A stretch of DNA of 64,000 nt, taken from an uncultured Atopobiaceae bacterium (GTDB lineage Bacteria > Actinomycetota > Coriobacteriia > Coriobacteriales > Atopobiaceae). The translations under genes were made by a program, and so were the position numbers. Location of the stretch: assembly GCA_944321515.1 (NCBI GenBank), contig CALULO010000002.1, positions 39,163 to 103,162 on the forward strand, written 5' to 3'. This document shows positions 63,601-64,000 of this stretch, piece by piece. Numbering within the stretch: the stretch's first letter is position 1; each line of letters begins with the position of its first letter. The notes under the pieces were generated by a model. The model searched no databases. It was not told where the DNA came from and saw only the letters and a program-made list of their open reading frames with translations.

Positions 63601-64000
63601 GCCATCGTGGGCGTGACCGGGCGCAGCGGCTCGGGCAAGTCCACGCTGCTGCGGCTCTTCATGCGCTTCTGGGACGCCGACGAGGGGCGCGTGAGCGTCT
63701 CCGACCGCCCGGTTGACCAGGTCAACACCTCCGACCTGCGCACGATGGAGGCCCTCGTCACGCAGGAGACGCACCTCTTCCATGACAGCATCCGCAACAA
63801 CCTGCGCATCGCCCGCCTCGACGCCTCGGACCTGGAGATCGAGGCCGCGTGCCGCAAGGCCTCCGTGCACGACTTCATCGCGGGCCTGCCCGCCGGCTAC
63901 GACACGCCTGTGGGGGAGCTGGGCGACACGCTCTCTGGCGGCGAGCGCCAGCGCCTGGGCCTCGCCCGAGCCTTCCTGCACGACGCGCCGTTCCTGCTGC
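60667..64000 (+). CDS. Fused two-half ABC exporter (CydD-like + CydC-like TMD-NBD halves), 3' end truncated by the window
   Basis: Frame 1 is open from the ATG at 60667 to the window end, which is why it is absent from the ORF track. TMD1 is followed by NBD1 (GESGCGKST, LSGGQRQR, LFDEATS), an Ala-rich linker, TMD2 and NBD2 (GRSGSGKST, LSGGERQR). The RBS is GGGAGGGG. Confidence 0.85.
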   Translation, partial: MMINRRLIGSVPESKRYVVASVVCQWTALLANMTMVLAFCRLLDALLTGSAMLADLALTAVVAAGAIAVRAACTVGSAHASYLASSAVKKTLRHRIYQKLLRLGPSYRERAATSEVVQVAVEGVDQLETYFGAYLPQLFYAMLAPLTLFAALALIDVPAASVLLACVPLIPVAIAAVQTWAKRLLSKYWGQYAELGDTFLENLQGLTTLKIYQADEFKQREMSEQAEKFRRVTMRVLTMQLNSITVMDLVAYGGAAAGMGVALAQLGSGALGPGGCLAVILLAADYFIPMRQLGSFFHVAMNGMAASDKIFRLLDAEEPPVAGEKYPECGDVVARGLRFSYDGEREVLRGVDLDVPAGSFVAVVGESGCGKSTLASVLMGRARGYVGSVRVGGVEIAELDASGLLAHVTYVGHESYLFKGTVRENLLMAAPGAGDSALWDALERVRLAGFLRGEAGLDTVLAERASNLSGGQRQRLAMARALLHDTPTYLFDEATSNVGMESEDAIMDVVRALAAEAGRTVVLISHCLANVADADEVLVMDGGRVVERGRHEALAAEGGAYARLWRAQRELEGPTTAEGVPAAREASAAGGSVVTCAAAGADACAVATHAATAPARRGGAAVMARLVGLVRPLTGFMVLAVMMGLIGHLCAAAITVLAGYGLLGLLGDAAGLPLAGVAMAMAACAVARGLLRYGEQSCNHFIAFKLLALIRDRVFRALRRCAPAKLEGRDRGNLISVITSDIELLEVFYAHTISPAAIAVLFCAVACAFIGSLHPALGVLALVAYVVVGGLCPAVASRLAGDAGQRQRDGAGELSTFVLDSLRGLDEILQYGRGADRLAQMDARSARLAASEARLKRATGLATAITNATIVAFDLAMLLLAATLNQAGELAFSGVLLSVLALMSSFGPCVALASLGSTLQGTFAAGNRVLDVLDDEPVTEEVSGMPVATFAGASAEHVSFAYDGERVLDDVSLAAPEGAIVGVTGRSGSGKSTLLRLFMRFWDADEGRVSVSDRPVDQVNTSDLRTMEALVTQETHLFHDSIRNNLRIARLDASDLEIEAACRKASVHDFIAGLPAGYDTPVGELGDTLSGGERQRLGLARAFLHDAPFLL

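Overview
This is a visibly high-G+C chromosomal segment (G+C not computed). The gene content fits an actinobacterium, probably Coriobacteriia, but that assignment is an inference. Most of the window is housekeeping and central metabolism: pheT, pyk, ldhA, rsgA, tyrS, argR, lgt, kup, rlmL, citrate synthase, phosphoglucomutase, a class A PBP, a U32 protein, a P-type ATPase and tRNA-Phe. The long ORFs lying antisense to these genes are high-GC artefacts. The main accessory feature is a roughly 10 kb, almost gap-free Tad/Flp pilus operon (about 13410-23358). Its order is cpaB-tadZ-tadA-tadB-tadC-flp, followed by a small anchored protein, a second Flp-like pilin, TadE-like and TadG-like pseudopilins, and a translationally coupled DUF192 protein plus a zinc-ribbon/FHA protein. 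An AT-rich island precedes the operon, and a DUF2207 membrane protein and tRNA-Phe follow it. No prepilin peptidase or secretin gene is present in the window. Other points worth a second look are listed here.
- A short motif, GGCGAGAAG(A/G)AC, recurs almost only in intergenic DNA and often forms inverted pairs around terminator hairpins.
- A 242 bp nested inverted-repeat element (58686-58927) has related AAGTGC-type repeats at 5970-6095.
- A Tat-lipoprotein tannase homologue has alanine in place of its nucleophile serine.
- A fused CydD/CydC-like ABC exporter has a degenerate first ATP site and runs off the 3' end of the window.
- The tyrS upstream region can form mutually exclusive hairpins.
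No CRISPR array, rRNA gene, transposase, integrase or recognisable defence system was seen.
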